Assembly (NCBI RefSeq): GCF_009914755.1
Contig: NC_060925.1
Strand: one strand, 5' to 3'
DNA: 64,000 bases
From: the human T2T-CHM13v2.0 reference genome, Homo sapiens
Shown one piece after another: positions 11,936 to 26,285 of the stretch; positions within the stretch are counted from its first letter, which is position 1, and each line of letters begins with the position of its first letter. The notes under the pieces were generated by a model. That model had not been told where the DNA came from and searched no databases. It worked only from the letters and a program-made list of their open reading frames with translations. Position numbers and translations under genes: made by a program.

Positions 11936-12271
11936 TGAGCATTTATCCCAATCCCAATACTGTTTGTCCTTCTGTTTATCTGTCTGTCCTTCCCTGCTCA
12001 TTTAAAATGCCCCCACTGCATCTAGTACATTTTTATAGGATCAGGGATCTGCTCTTGGATTAATGTTGTGTTCCCACCTCGAGGCAGCTTTGTAAGCTTC
12101 TGAGCACTTCCCAATTCCGGGTGACTTCAGGCGCTGGGAGGCCTGTGCATCAGCTGCTGCTGTCTGTAGCTGACTTCCTTCACCCCTCTGCTGTCCTCAG
12201 CTCCTTCACCCCTGGGCCTCAGGAAATCAATGTCATGCTGACATCACTCTAGATCTAAAAGTTGGGTTCTT

Positions 12272-12570
<299 letters not shown>

Positions 12571-13029
12571 ACTTAGGTTCTTGGATGTTCGGGAAAGGGG
12601 GTTATTATCTAGGATCCTTGAAGCACCCCCAAGGGCATCTTCTCAAAGTTGGATGTGTGCATTTTCCTGAGAGGAAAGCTTTCCCACATTATACAGCTTC
12701 TGAAAGGGTTGCTTGACCCACAGATGTGAAGCTGAGGCTGAAGGAGACTGATGTGGTTTCTCCTCGGTTTCTCTGTGCGGCACCAGGTGGCAGCAGAGGT
12801 CAGCAAGGCAAACCCGAGCCCGGGGATGCGGGGTGGGGGCAGCTACGTCCTCTCTTGAGCTACAGCAGATTCACTCTGTTCTGTTTCATTGTTGCTTAGT
12901 TTGCGTTTTGTTTCTCCAACTTTGTGCCTCATCAGGAAAAGCTTTGGATCACAATTCCCAGTGCTGAAGAAAAGGCCAAACTCTGGAAAAAATTTTGAAT
13001 ATTTTGAGCCAAATGTGAGGACCACAACC

Positions 13030-13462
13030 TGTGAGAACGGAAAATAAATCCTGGGACCCCAGACTCACTAAGCCAAAGGGAAAAGCCAAGCTGGGAACTG
13101 GCTTATGCAAACCTGCTTCCCATCTGGTTCCTAAATAAGATAGCTATTACACAAAGATAAAAAAGCTACATCCCTGCCTCTACCTCCATCACATGTAAAA
13201 TGTGTATTCAGTGAACGCTGACCAAAGACAGAAGAATGCAACCATTTGCCTCTGATTTACCCACACCCATTTTTTCCACTTCTTCCCCTTTCCCCAACAC
13301 CCACACTTCTCCCCTTTACTTACTGAGGTCCCCAGACAATCTTTGGGAAAAGCACGGACCACAGTTTTTCCTGTGGTTCTCTGTTCTTTTCTCAGGTGTG
13401 TCCTTAACCTTGCAAACAGATTTCTTGAAATGATTGACACTCACCTTGGTTGTGTTCTTTGA
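13030..13462 (+). mobile_element. ERV1 MER4-group solo LTR, related to 8398-8841
   Basis: GGAAAATAAATCCTGGGACCCC...CACTAAGCCAAAGGGAAAAGCCAAGCTGGGAACTG. Confidence 0.7.
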
Positions 13463-14255
13463 TCAGCGCCTGTGACGCAGCTTCAGGAGGTCCTGAGAAC
13501 GTGTGCACAGTTTAGTCGGCAGAAACTTAGGGAAACGTAAGACCACCATCAGTACGTAGGAGTTGTGCATTGGTTTGGTCTGGAAGGAGGAAAATTCAAA
13601 GTAATGGGGTTTACAGGTCATAGATAGATTCAAAGATTTTCTGATTCTCAATTGGTTGAAAGAATTATTATCTACAGACCTGCTATCAATAGAAAGGAGA
13701 GTCTGGGTTAAGATAAGAGACTGTGCAGACCAAGGTTCTTATTATGTAGATGAAGTTTCATAGGTGGCCACCCTTAGAGACAATAGATGGCAAATGTTTC
13801 CTGTTCAGACCCATAGAAGGTGCTAGGCTCTCAGCCAATGTCTTCAGGATCAGAGAAAGACCTGGAAAGGGAAGGGATTCTCTACAGAATGTAAATGTCC
13901 CCCACAAGAGACAGCTTGGCAGGGCCATTTCAAAGTATGTCAAAGAAATATATTTTGAGGTAAAATATTGATTTCATGGCCTCTGTCTGTCATGTGATGC
14001 TGCACTGGAGTCAGGTTGGAATTTGGTATCTTATTGCTAGAGAGCCTTGTCAGTCTTCAGATCTCTGTTTTAATGTTGGTTCTGGTCAGTTCTGCCCAAA
14101 TTCCAAAGGGAGGAGGGTACAATGAGGCCTGTCCAGCCCCCACTCCTCCTCATCACGGCCTGAACTAGTTCTTCAGGTTTCTCTGGAATCCCTTTGGCCC
14201 AGAGGCGGGGTCCACGCGATCGGCTGTGGGGCTTAGAATTTTATTCTTGGTTTAC
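13463..14255 (-). mobile_element. MER4-family LTR
   Basis: Reverse complement resembles the LTR at 43580-44647 (AGAGACAATAGATGGCAAATGTTTCCT; GACAGCTTGGCAGGGCCATTTCAA). Confidence 0.75.
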
Positions 14256-15891
14256 GGCAGCTTTAGGGAGGTGCTCTGAGACCCGAAACTAGACTCGACT
14301 TTAACAGACACAGACGACCCTGAAGGTGAGACTGTCTGCTGGTGGGATGCTGGGCGAGTTGCTTCATGTCCCTGAGCTGCTATTTGCTAACTGTGAAGTG
14401 GGATCCTGGTCCCTGACAGGCAAGATTTTGGCACACGGAGAGCTGGTGCACGTGGGCAGCTGTCCCCTAAACTCGCGTCCCTTCTTTTTAATCATACCCC
14501 ACTGGCTGCACCTACACCTCCTCCCAGGCACACACCGAAGAGGATGAGCTCTGGTCCTCGAACCTCTTGTCTGCTCCCACCAGGCAGATTCTCTGTTCCC
14601 CGTGCCCAGGCAGCAGTGGTGGACACCAGCATCCTGGAATGGTGTGGAAAGGCTGACCCCGTCATAGCCAAAGCCTGGGGTCTCCTGTTTCCCTCCTCCT
14701 CCTCCCCACTCCTCCCCCGACCCCTTCCTCCTCCACTTACCCCCATCCCCTGCATAATGGGTTTCTAGCTGCCTCCTCTGCCTGCCCAAACAGGACAGGC
14801 AGGAAAAACTGGCTTGGTTCTGAGTAGGCAGTTTCAGGGCCTTAAGGAGAAATTCATCGGCCATTAATCAGGACCTTCCCTCCGGGGAGTTGGCAGCTTC
14901 AGGTGTGGTCTCTGGAAACAAGCCCCACAAATTATTATCAGAGAACCTCTGTCTTGGGTGGCAGAGGCAGCCTGGTTGGGGTGGGCACCCCGGCTACGGA
15001 AAGGAGCAGCTCCCTCCACTTTCCTTCCGGCTGCCTGTGGAGAGGCTCGAGCGGGGCACAGTCCATGACGAGATATTAATCTTGTGTTTGGATTTTTCCT
15101 TTTTTTTAATAAAGAAGAAAGATAAGGTATTGTGCTCATCTTGTAAAAATCAAGCACACAGTACATCAGTCTATTCTACAAAGAAACACAACCTAAGCAA
15201 AGATTTGTTATAGGCAGTGGCCGGTTACAGAAACAGTAGGACTTGCATTAGGGGTTTTGTATGGGAAAGAAAGGGAGTCAGACACAGACGTGATGGTGGA
15301 GACAGGGGCAGGAAGACAGAGCAGCTGACACTTCCAGAAATAGCTGGCCAGAGGCCAGCAGGAGGGAAACACCAACCCGAGGAAAGAGAGACGGGGATTG
15401 GGAGAGAAATTCAGAAGAGACTGAGGCACGCACACAGACAGACACACCCACCCACACACAGATACGGATTCAAAGAGACACGCACACTCTGAGTTTCTGA
15501 GAGTAAGCCACTGTCAGTTCCTGGGGTGAGCCACCAGCCACATGGACACAATTTCCTCTTTTTGGTAAGTCTTTGACCTGTCTGAACCCCCTACTTAATT
15601 ACCTATAAAATGAGTCATTGCAAGGATGACAAAGACGCTCTCCTTGACCAAACTCCACTCAGGCTCCTTTGAGCCTTCTCCTTGATGAAGCCTCATCCTT
15701 GGCCTGCTGAGCTCAGTGCTAGCAAGGAATGCTGCTAAGGTCCTTAGTGAGAATCTTCCCCACCCTTGCTAACTAACCAAGCTCCTTTCAACAACTTTTC
15801 ATCACCTCCCTCACCCTGCTCATTGGCTATCCCCACTTGTCTCTGTTGTATTGAGAGTTGAATTCAGTCTCTCTCTCTCCTCTTGCAATAG

Positions 15892-16189
15892 TTTTTTTTT
15901 TTTTTTTAAGAGACAGGGCCTTGCTCTGTCAACCAGGCTGGAGTGCAGTAGCACAATCACAGCTCAGAGCAGCCTCAAACTCCTAGGCTCAAAGGATCCT
16001 CCCACCTCAGCCTCCTGCGTAGTTGGGACTACAGGTGTATGCCACTGCACCAAATAATTTTTTAAAACATTGTAGAGATGGGGTCCTGCTTTGTTGCCCA
16101 GGCTGGTTTTGAAGTCCTGGCTTCAAGTGATCCTCCCACCTGGGCCTCCAAAGGTACTGGGATTACAGGCATGAGCCAACCTATCAGCC
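15892..16189 (-). mobile_element. AluJ-like element
   Basis: Poly-T followed by GAGACAGGG...CCAGGCTGGAGTGCAGT; diverged dimer. Confidence 0.9.
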
Positions 16190-17012
16190 TGGTAATCAGC
16201 CTGGTAATCACGTAAAACAGACACATAGACCAGTGGAACAGAATAGAGAACCCAGATATAAATCCACACATTTACAGCCAGCTCATCTTCAGCAAAGGCA
16301 CCAACAACATACGAGCGAAAGGACGGTCTCTTCCATAAGTGGTGCAGGGGAAACTAGATAAAGATATGCAGAAGAATGAAACTAGACCCGTCTCTCTTAC
16401 CATACACAGAAATCAAATCAGAATGGATTAAAGGTAAAACTGAGACCTGAAAGTATAAAACTACTGGAAGAAAACATTAGGGAAGTGCTCCAGGACATTG
16501 TTCTCAGCAAAGACTTTTTCAGTAGGGCCCCAAAAGCACAGGCAACCAAAGCAAAAACAGACAAGTGAAATCACACCAAGCTAAGAACCCTCTGCAGACC
16601 AAAGGAAAAAGTCAACAAACTGAAGAGACAACCCACAGAATGGGAGAAAATACTTGCAAGCTACCCACCTGACAAGGGATTCATAACCAGGAGCTCAAAC
16701 AATAGCAAACAATTAATCGAATTTTAAAATGGGCAAGAGACCTGAGTAGACATTTCTCAAAAGAAGATGTACAAATGGCCAGCAGGTACATGAAAAAATG
16801 CTCAACATCACTAATCATCAGAGAAACGCAAATAAAAAACTGCAATGAGGTCTTCTCTCACCTCAGTTAAAATGGCTTTCGTCAAAAACGCAGGGAATAA
16901 GGGATGCTGGCGAGGATGTGGAGAAAGGGGGACCCTCACACACTGTTGTGGGAACGTTGATTAGTACAACCACTATGGAAAACAGATGGAGGCTCCTCAA
17001 AAAACCAAAAGG

Positions 17013-17637
<625 letters not shown>

Positions 17638-18379
17638 CTAAAAGTAAAACTGCTGTATGATCCAGTAATTTCACTAACTGGGCCTATAGTCAAAAGAAAC
17701 AAAATCAATATATCGTAAAGACATCTGCACTCTCATGTTTACTGCGGGACTACTCACAATCGCCAAAATACGGAATCAGCCTCTGAGTTCATCAGCGGAT
17801 GATGGATAAACAGAACGTGGTGTGTATACACAGTGGAATATTCTTCAGCCATACAGAGGAATGACAGCCTGTTATTTGTACAAGATGGAACTAGGGATCA
17901 TTATGTTAAGTGAAATAAGCCAAGCACAGAAAGACAAACATTGAATGTTCTCTCCCACCTACTAAAAAAGTAGCTCTCGTGAAGACAGAGGGTAGACGCG
18001 TGGTTACCAGAGGTGGGGAAATGTAGCGGGGAGAGGGGGAGAAAGAGAAGTTGATTGAAGGGTACAAATACGTGGTTTGATAGAAGGAATAAGACCTAGT
18101 GTTACATAGATCATAGTTGGCAATTGCCTACTGTATATTTCAAAATGGCTAGAAGAGAAGAATCGGAACGGTTCTAGCATAAAGCAAAAACAAATATTTA
18201 AGGCGATAGATATTCCAAGTAGGCTGATTTGATTTTCACAATTATATGAATGCATTAAACTATCACATGTACCCTGAAACTATGTACATCTATTATGCAT
18301 CAGTGAAAAAGAAAAAAGAAACAAGAACTTAGATTTTAAACTCAGCACTCTCCTAGTGGGCTCCTTAAAAATATTTTTG

Positions 18380-18535
18380 TTTGGGAGGACAAAGTAGGAG
18401 GATTCCTTGAGCCCGGGAGCTTGAGGCTGCAGTGAGATAGTGCCACTGCACTCCAGCCTGAGCGACAGAGAGATACACTGGCTCTAAATATAAATAATAT
18501 AAATATATATTTATGGAATAAATAAATGAATAAAA
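18380..18535 (+). mobile_element. Alu monomer (FRAM/AluJ-like)
   Basis: TTGAGCCCGGGAG...GAGGCTGCAGTGAG...CACTCCAGCCTG plus AT-rich tail. Confidence 0.8.
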
Positions 18536-21070
18536 TATCTTTGCATGCTGGTGAGCCCAGGGTACAGTCTGCCCTTGGCAGCTCGGTGACTCAGCCAAGG
18601 CGGCTGAACAATCCTCGCCCACTAGACAGTGGAGGTCGCCCTCCAGAGGACCTTATCAGATGTACGTGCAAAGCAGTTTTCAAGACAGTTTTCTATTCAG
18701 AGTGTGGTTTGGCCGTTCAGGGAGAGAGATCACAAAGGAAAACCACCTTTAGGAAAGCAGGTGAGAAAGGTGTAAGTTCCCAGGCTTGGGGGTCCTGGCC
18801 CAGCCTAGCTGTGGGCAACCCCGGGAAGGCTGAGCCCCGCAGGCTGTATGGACAAAGCATCTCGCTTTCCACACTGGCCACAGGTCTATCCCTGGCAGTA
18901 AACAGGTCACAGGTGGGCAGCAGGTCTAACACCTGTAGCGAAAGAACGCAGGAGAGGAACTGAGGCTCTGCTACCAGCAGATGCTCCAAGCACATCCCAC
19001 GGGGAGGACCATGCACAACTCAGCTGGCCACAACCAGGAAAAGGGTGTCCAGGGCCTCAGAGCTGCTTCAGTGGGGCCATTTCCAGGCTCCCAAGCAGTA
19101 ATGTGGGTGCCCTCTCAAGAACAGAAGCGGAACAGCCTAACGCTAATGTTTGGGAAGAAGAGAACAGTGATCCCCCTGGTTACCTCCCATCTCTCTCTGC
19201 AGTTCTCATGCATCTGTGCACACACGCTCACACACACATATGTCCATCAATCCACTCACAATGTTTGACTTAAAGCAGAAACCATATAAAGGGCAGGATA
19301 AGGAGAAAAGACGAAAGGAACTGAAAAGATGCAAACAGCCACTAACACGCCAATTTGCACCTTGCACAGGGCCTGGGAAGTAATGACACGGCTTCTCGTT
19401 ATGCATCAATGATCTCATGTTTTCATTTTAACAAACACCCTAATACAAAAATAGGCTTTATAGGGAGGAGAGAAAATATGTTTTATAGGGAGGAGAGAAA
19501 AGCCATTCTGAAGAGCTGGATAGGTTGCCTTTGGCCCACATGGAGTCAGCCCCCTGCCCACGCCACCAGGCTCACGTTCAGGGCCCTGGCTGGAGAAACC
19601 TGAGCTGCAGGACCCGCTGCCCACCAATGCAGAAGAGAAGGCAGTATGCTTTTTGCATTGGGTGGAACAAAAACAGAAGAAATGGGAATTTGGTGAGAAA
19701 TAAGGGAGGTGGTCCTCAGAATCTGCAGAGCAGTGGCTTCCAAACTCTGTGATGCAACCCCAGCCAGAAAAACACTTTACATCATGGCTGAGGGCACATA
19801 CGTGCACGCACATATGCACAATACAGGAAATCTGGAATACAGAAAGCCCTGGAATTCCTAAATAACATCCTGCCCACATGGGAATTCTGCCCTAGCTGAT
19901 GGCTTCTCCGAGGCCTAGGCCCAAATCCACACCTGCTGTTTAGCCCAGAGCCAAGCCTAGGAGTGTAGGGTCCCCTATGCATGGGTGTCCAACCCTATCC
20001 CTGTCCGGAATAGCACGGGTGCTTCTCGGTGCCACAAATGTTGGTGGCGGCTGGGGAGGAGTGGTTCCTCCAAGGCTCCATGCCTGCCTCCACCACTGAG
20101 GCCAGCACGGTGGGACTGGGCTAGGGAGACAGGCAGGCTGGCCTACCCACTGAAGGAGCCAGTCTGCTTCCACCTAGTCAGCAGCTCCAGGGAGCGCATC
20201 TCCCTCCAGGAAGGGCAGGAGGCCAAGAGGAGCTGGAAAGGTGGGCATTTGATATCATGAGGTATAAAGAGAGCTCCTAGGGGTCCCAGACATCAACTAA
20301 TAAAAGCACCTCAGAAGTTCATAGATGGGGAAATAGCTGTGTGAATATACCGTGTTATCCAAGTCATGCGGAGAGGAAGGGCTCGAACCCATGGCTACTA
20401 CTCCCCACCCCCGTCCTCCTCCTCCTCTTTCCATTAAGTTTTTGTGATTATGAAAGTAGCTTACATTTGGTGTAGAAAATATGGAACATATGGAAAAATT
20501 TAAAAAGACTCAGGCAAAGGGTCATGTGTCACTTATGACCAGAGGCCGTTGCTCTTTATTAACAGATGGAAATGTTTTCTTCCAAATTGTGCTGCACGTT
20601 TTTGGCGAGAGCATGGGGCTGTGCGGCGTCCCCTCCCTGGCGCCCACCTGTGCCCTGCACACTGGCCTGCACTGTGGTGATCTCGCTTGGCCCCCACCTG
20701 ATTCCCGACATACAGCAGAGGAAGCTTAGGCTCAGGTGGAACAGCCTCAACTGATTCTGTCCCTGAACTTCCGTACACAGCCCTGGAGTCGTCTTAGAGC
20801 CATGATTTATTTAACTGTTCTTTCATTTTACAGAACATAAAATGTATTGTTTCCAACTTTTTTCCTATGGTAAATAATACTAAAGTAAATATCTCTGTGC
20901 ATGAATCTTTTTGTATATGTTGGAATATCCTTAAGATAAGGCCCCAGAACTAAAAGTACCCTGTCAAAAGGTGAGCATTTCCGGTTCCCCTGCTGTGCTT
21001 TGCTGCGTTGTTCTCTCCTGCTGCAACGTTCTCACTCCACAATCCTGGGGCAGGGAGGGGAGGCCCAGCT

Positions 21071-21539
21071 GAGTTTGGATCATAATCCTGAAAGACACAA
21101 TCCCAAGCACCATAATGTGGAATGTTGAAATCCCTAAAGATCAAAATCCCTCAAGTCTAAAATCCCTGATATTTCAGATGACCACAGCTACAGGGCTAGG
21201 TGCACACAATTAGTAACCGTAGCGATATACGTGTACACGTTTCTCTTTTGACTTATTTCTTTATGGTCTGTCTTCTTATAACTGCTACACCCATGCCGCC
21301 GTCGTTAGTTACCTCAGTGTTTATGCAAAAATACCTGTTATCATTGCCTATTTTATTGTGTAAAGTCGCCTATGAAATGTTCTGTTGTGTTTTTATGTTT
21401 CTCAAATACATACCTTTTAAAAATGTAAATAAATAACATCGACATTATTTTTTCCAGATTTATACTTTTGGGATTTTGATCTTTGGGATTTCAGGATGAG
21501 GTATTCGGAGCTGTGTCTTTGGGGATGATGACCGGCTCC
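21071..21539 (+). mobile_element. Internally deleted DNA transposon with long TIRs (Ricksha, MULE-MuDR-like)
   Basis: Left end ...ATCATAATCCTGAAAGACACAATCCC...TGAAATCCCTAAAGATCAAAATCCC; right end is its diverged reverse complement GGGATTTTGATCTTTGGGATTTCA...TGTGTCTTTGGGGATGATGA. Confidence 0.8.
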
Positions 21540-21804
21540 TGTGCCGTCCCACCCATCTTTGCGGCATGGGACCTTGGCATCCCCACCTCGGCCCTGGCTC
21601 TACCTGACCTCACAATGGACCAGGCCAACTCAGTCAATGTGGAGGCAGCATCAGGTAGACCTGGGGCTGAAACTCAACACTGGTGTTCACCTTGACCTAG
21701 CTTCTCTGAGCCTCAAGTTCCTCATCTGGACACCAGTGGGGTTAGGGGCTGAGGCACATCAGCACTAAGCAGGAGAGCTCATCGTTGCCATGCATCAGCT
21801 GTGG

Positions 21805-21950
21805 CTCTAGAGCCGAGACGCTCCCAGCCGTGTAGGCTTCCCAGCAGTGCAGGCCCCTCTCTAGAGCTGAGATGCTCCCGGCAGTGCAGGCCCCTCTCTA
21901 GAGCCGAGACGCTCCCAGCCGTGTAGGCCCCTCTAGAGCCAAGACGCTGC
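21805..21950. repeat. Short minisatellite CTCTAGAGCCGAGACGCTCCCAGC..., about 4 copies
   Basis: CTCTAGAGC recurs four times. Confidence 0.8.
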
Positions 21951-22489
21951 AGGGTTAATCAGGGCTGCCCAACAGTCCATCCCCTCTTCTCTCTCTGAAA
22001 TCAAGAAACATTCCGAATTCCAAAATGCAACTGGTCCCAAGTGTTTCAGTTAAGGGACTGTGGCCCTGTGTAATGCCAGGCAGTGACAAGGACTGTGACT
22101 GGGAGCCATCGTAAGTCGATGCTGAATGCCAAAGGGAGGAAAGGAGGCAGCGGTCCTTAAAGGGCCCACTGAGCTCAGATCCCACGCCTGAGCCTCCGCC
22201 TTTCCGTGCAGTCCCGGAGATGGCACACAGCCTTCTGCACGAACCGCAATGAGCTGGGCTCCCTCATCACCGCTAGGAGCACTCTGAGAAAGCAGGGCCA
22301 TTCCACGGGGTTCTGCAGGAGAACGGCGAAGGGTGCTGTTCAACCTGCTCAGTCAGTTGCTAGGTGAGGAGAATTTAGTATTCATAAGTGAAAATTTCTA
22401 AGTTACTGGAATTAATTATGGGGTTTGATTCTACATCATCCAGAAAAGCCTGGATGCCACACAGACTCAATGCTGAAAGCTCCCAGTGC

Positions 22490-23540
22490 ACCTGCACAAA
22501 CACACCCACACATGCACCCATATCATATACACACGTGCAAACATGTTCACATTCACACTCACTCCTACATACTCGGATCATATACACATTTGTGCACACG
22601 TGTTCATATTCACACTCCTACACACCCAGATCATACACACATACACACACTTGTGCATACACATTCATGCTCACTCCCACACACCCAGATCATATACACA
22701 CTCGTGCACACATGCTCACATTCACAATCACTCATACCCAGATCATACACACACTTATGCACACATTCACACTCACTCATACATACACAGATCATATACA
22801 TACTTGCGCATACGTGTTCGTATTCACACTCCTACACACCCAGATCATACACACATACACACACTTGTGCATACACATTCATGCTCACTCCTACACACCC
22901 AGATCATATATACACTCGTGCACACATGTTCACATTCATGCTCACTCATACACACCGATTGTACACTCGTGCACACATTCACACTCATACACACCCAAAT
23001 CATATATTCATGCACACATGTTCACATTCATGCTCACTCATACACACCCAGATCATATATACACTCGTGCACACATTCACACTCATACACACCCAAATCA
23101 TACTCACATTCATGCACACATGTTCACTCATGCTCACTCATACACACCCAGATCATATATACACTCGTGCACACATGTTCACATTCACTCATACACAGCC
23201 CAAAATATACACATTAATGCACACAATACATATTCATACTTGCACACACCCAAATCATATACCCACTCACACACACATGTTCACATTCACACTCATACAC
23301 ACTCAGATCATAAATACATATGTACACATTCACATTCATACCCCCAAATCATACGCACACTAGTGTATACATGTACACACTCACACACACAAATCATACA
23401 CACTCATACACAGTCATACACACTCACACATACCCCCAAATCATATACACACTCATGCACACTGTCACACATATAATCCAAACACACAAAAATATATGCA
23501 TGCGCTCATTCATACACAATCTCACACATACATATACAGC
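22490..23540. repeat. CA/TA-rich cryptic minisatellite
   Basis: Recurring CACACCCAGATCATA anchor in (CA)n-like background. Confidence 0.9.
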
Positions 23541-23659
23541 CATGTGGGATTTTTCTGCCATTTTCAGAAATGTAAATTTTGTAGTTCCTGCTTTTTAAAG
23601 ACTATAAATTATTTTTAATTTACCTTCATTCTCAATTTTGTTTGTTATAAGTAGCTTGA

Positions 23660-23980
<321 letters not shown>

Positions 23981-24123
23981 GCATATTTTCATGTTAAAAA
24001 TGTTTTATTTAAAAAAAAAAAAAAAAAGAAGTCCAGAAGAGTTGCAAAGACAGTACTGCAACTTCCCACAGACCCGTTCACCAGCTTCCTCTCACTTGAG
24101 CATCTTACACAGCAATGAGGCAC

Positions 24124-26285
24124 GTGTGGAAACTGCGACACTCACATGGGTGCCATCTCAGCAGCTCACGGTGTGGAAACTGCGACACTCACACGGGTGC
24201 CATCTCAGCAGCTCACGGTGTGGAAACTGCGACACTCACACGGGTGCCATCTCAGCAGCTCACGGTGTGGAAACTGCGACACTCACACGGGTGCCATCTC
24301 AGCAGCTCACGGTGTGGAAACTGCGACACTCACACGGGTGCCATCTCAGCAGCTCACGGTGTGGAAACTGCGACACTCACATGGGTGCCATCTCAGCAGC
24401 TCACGGTGTGGAAACTGCGACACTCACGCGGGTGCCATCTCAGCAGCTCACGGTGTAGAAACTGCGACACTCACATGGGTGCCATCTCAGCAGCTCACGG
24501 TGTGGAAACTGCGACACTCACATGGGTGCCATCTCAGCAGCTCACGGTGTGGAAACTGCGACACTCACGCGGGTGCCGTCTCAGCAGCTCACGGTGTGGA
24601 AACTGCGACACTCACGTGGGTGCCATCTCAGCAGCTCACGGTGTGGAAACTGCGACACTCACGTGGGTGCCATCTCGGCAGCTCACGGTGTGGAAACTGC
24701 GACACTCACACGGGTGCCATCTCGGCAGCTCACGGTGTGGAAACTGCGACACTCACACGGGTGCCATCTCAGCAGCTCACGGTGTAGAAACTGCGACACT
24801 CACGTGGGTGCCATCTCAGCAGCTCACGGTGTGGAAACTGCGACACTCACGTGGGTGCCATCTCAGCAGCTCACGGTGTGGAAACTGCGACACTCACGTG
24901 GGTGCCATCTCGGCAGCTCACGGTGTGGAAACTGCGACACTCACACGGGTGCCATCTCAGCAGCTCACGGTGTAGAAACTGCGACACTCACACGGGTGCC
25001 ATCTCAGCAGCTCACGGTGTGGAAACTGCGACACTCACACGGGTGCCATCTCAGCAGCTCACGGTGTGGAAACTGCGACACTCACACGGGTGCCATCTCA
25101 GCAGCTCACGGTGTGGAAACTGCGACACTCACACGGGTGCCGTCTCAGCAGCTCACGGTGTGGAAACTGCGACACTCACGCGGGTGCCATCTCAGCAGCT
25201 CACGGTGTGGAAACTGCGACACTCACACGGGTGCCATCTCAGCAGCTCACGGTGTGGAAACTGCGACACTCACGCGGGTGCCGTCTCAGCAGCTCACGGT
25301 GTGGAAACTGCGACACTCACGCGGGTGCCGTCTCAGCAGCTCACGGTGTGGAAACTGCGACACTCACGCGGGTGCCGTCTCAGCAGCTCACGGTGTGGAA
25401 ACTGCGACACTCACGCGGGTGCCGTCTCAGCAGCTCACGGTGTGGAAACTGCGACACTCACGTGGGTGCCGTCTCAGCAGCTCACGGTGTAGAAACTGCG
25501 ACACTCACGTGGGTGCCATCTCAGCAGCTCACGGTGTGGAAACTGCGACACTCACGCGGGTGCCATCTCAGCAGCTCACGGTGTGGAAACTGCGACACTC
25601 ACGCGGGTGCCATCTCGGCAGCTCACGGTGTGGAAACTGCGACACTCACGCGGGTGCCGTCTCAGCAGCTCACGGTGTGGAAACTGCGACACTCACACGG
25701 GTGCCGTCTCAGCAGCTCACGGTGTGGAAACTGCGACACTCACGCGGGTGCCGTCTCAGCAGCTCACGGTGTGGAAACTGCGACACTCACGCGGGTGCCG
25801 TCTCAGCAGCTCACGGTGTGGAAACTGCGACACTCACGCGGGTGCCGTCTCAGCAGCTCACGGTGTGGAAACTGCGACACTCACGCGGGTGCCGTCTCAG
25901 CAGCTCACGGTGTGGAAACTGCGACACTCACGCGGGTGCCGTCTCAGCAGCTCACGGTGTGGAAACTGCGACACTCACGCGGGTGCCGTCTCAGCAGCTC
26001 ACGGTGTGGAAACTGCGACACTCACGCGGGTGCCGTCTCAGCAGCTCACGGTGTGGAAACTGCGACACTCACGCGGGTGCCGTCTCAGCAGCTCACGGTG
26101 TGGAAACTGCGACACTCACGCGGGTGCCGTCTCAGCAGCTCACGGTGTGGAAACTGCGACACTCACGCGGGTGCCGTCTCAGCAGCTCACGGTGTGGAAA
26201 CTGCGACACTCACGCGGGTGCCGTCTCAGCAGCTCACGGTGTGGAAACTGCGACACTCACGCGGGTGCCGTCTCAGCAGCTCACG
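24124..26285. repeat. 47-bp VNTR, 46 copies (GTGTGGAAACTGCGACACTCACRYGGGTGCCRTCTCAGCAGCTCACG)
   Basis: 2162 bp = 46 x 47, no net indels. Confidence 0.97.

Noticed and set aside
19457-19501. 26-bp tandem duplication TTTATAGGGAGGAGAGAAAA
   Set aside because: Ordinary slippage duplication with no further structure
22388-23476. His/Thr-rich ORFs in three frames
   Set aside because: Translation of (CA)-rich low-complexity DNA
24124-26285. CRISPR-like array
   Set aside because: Head-to-tail repeats without unique spacers, no cas genes, human context
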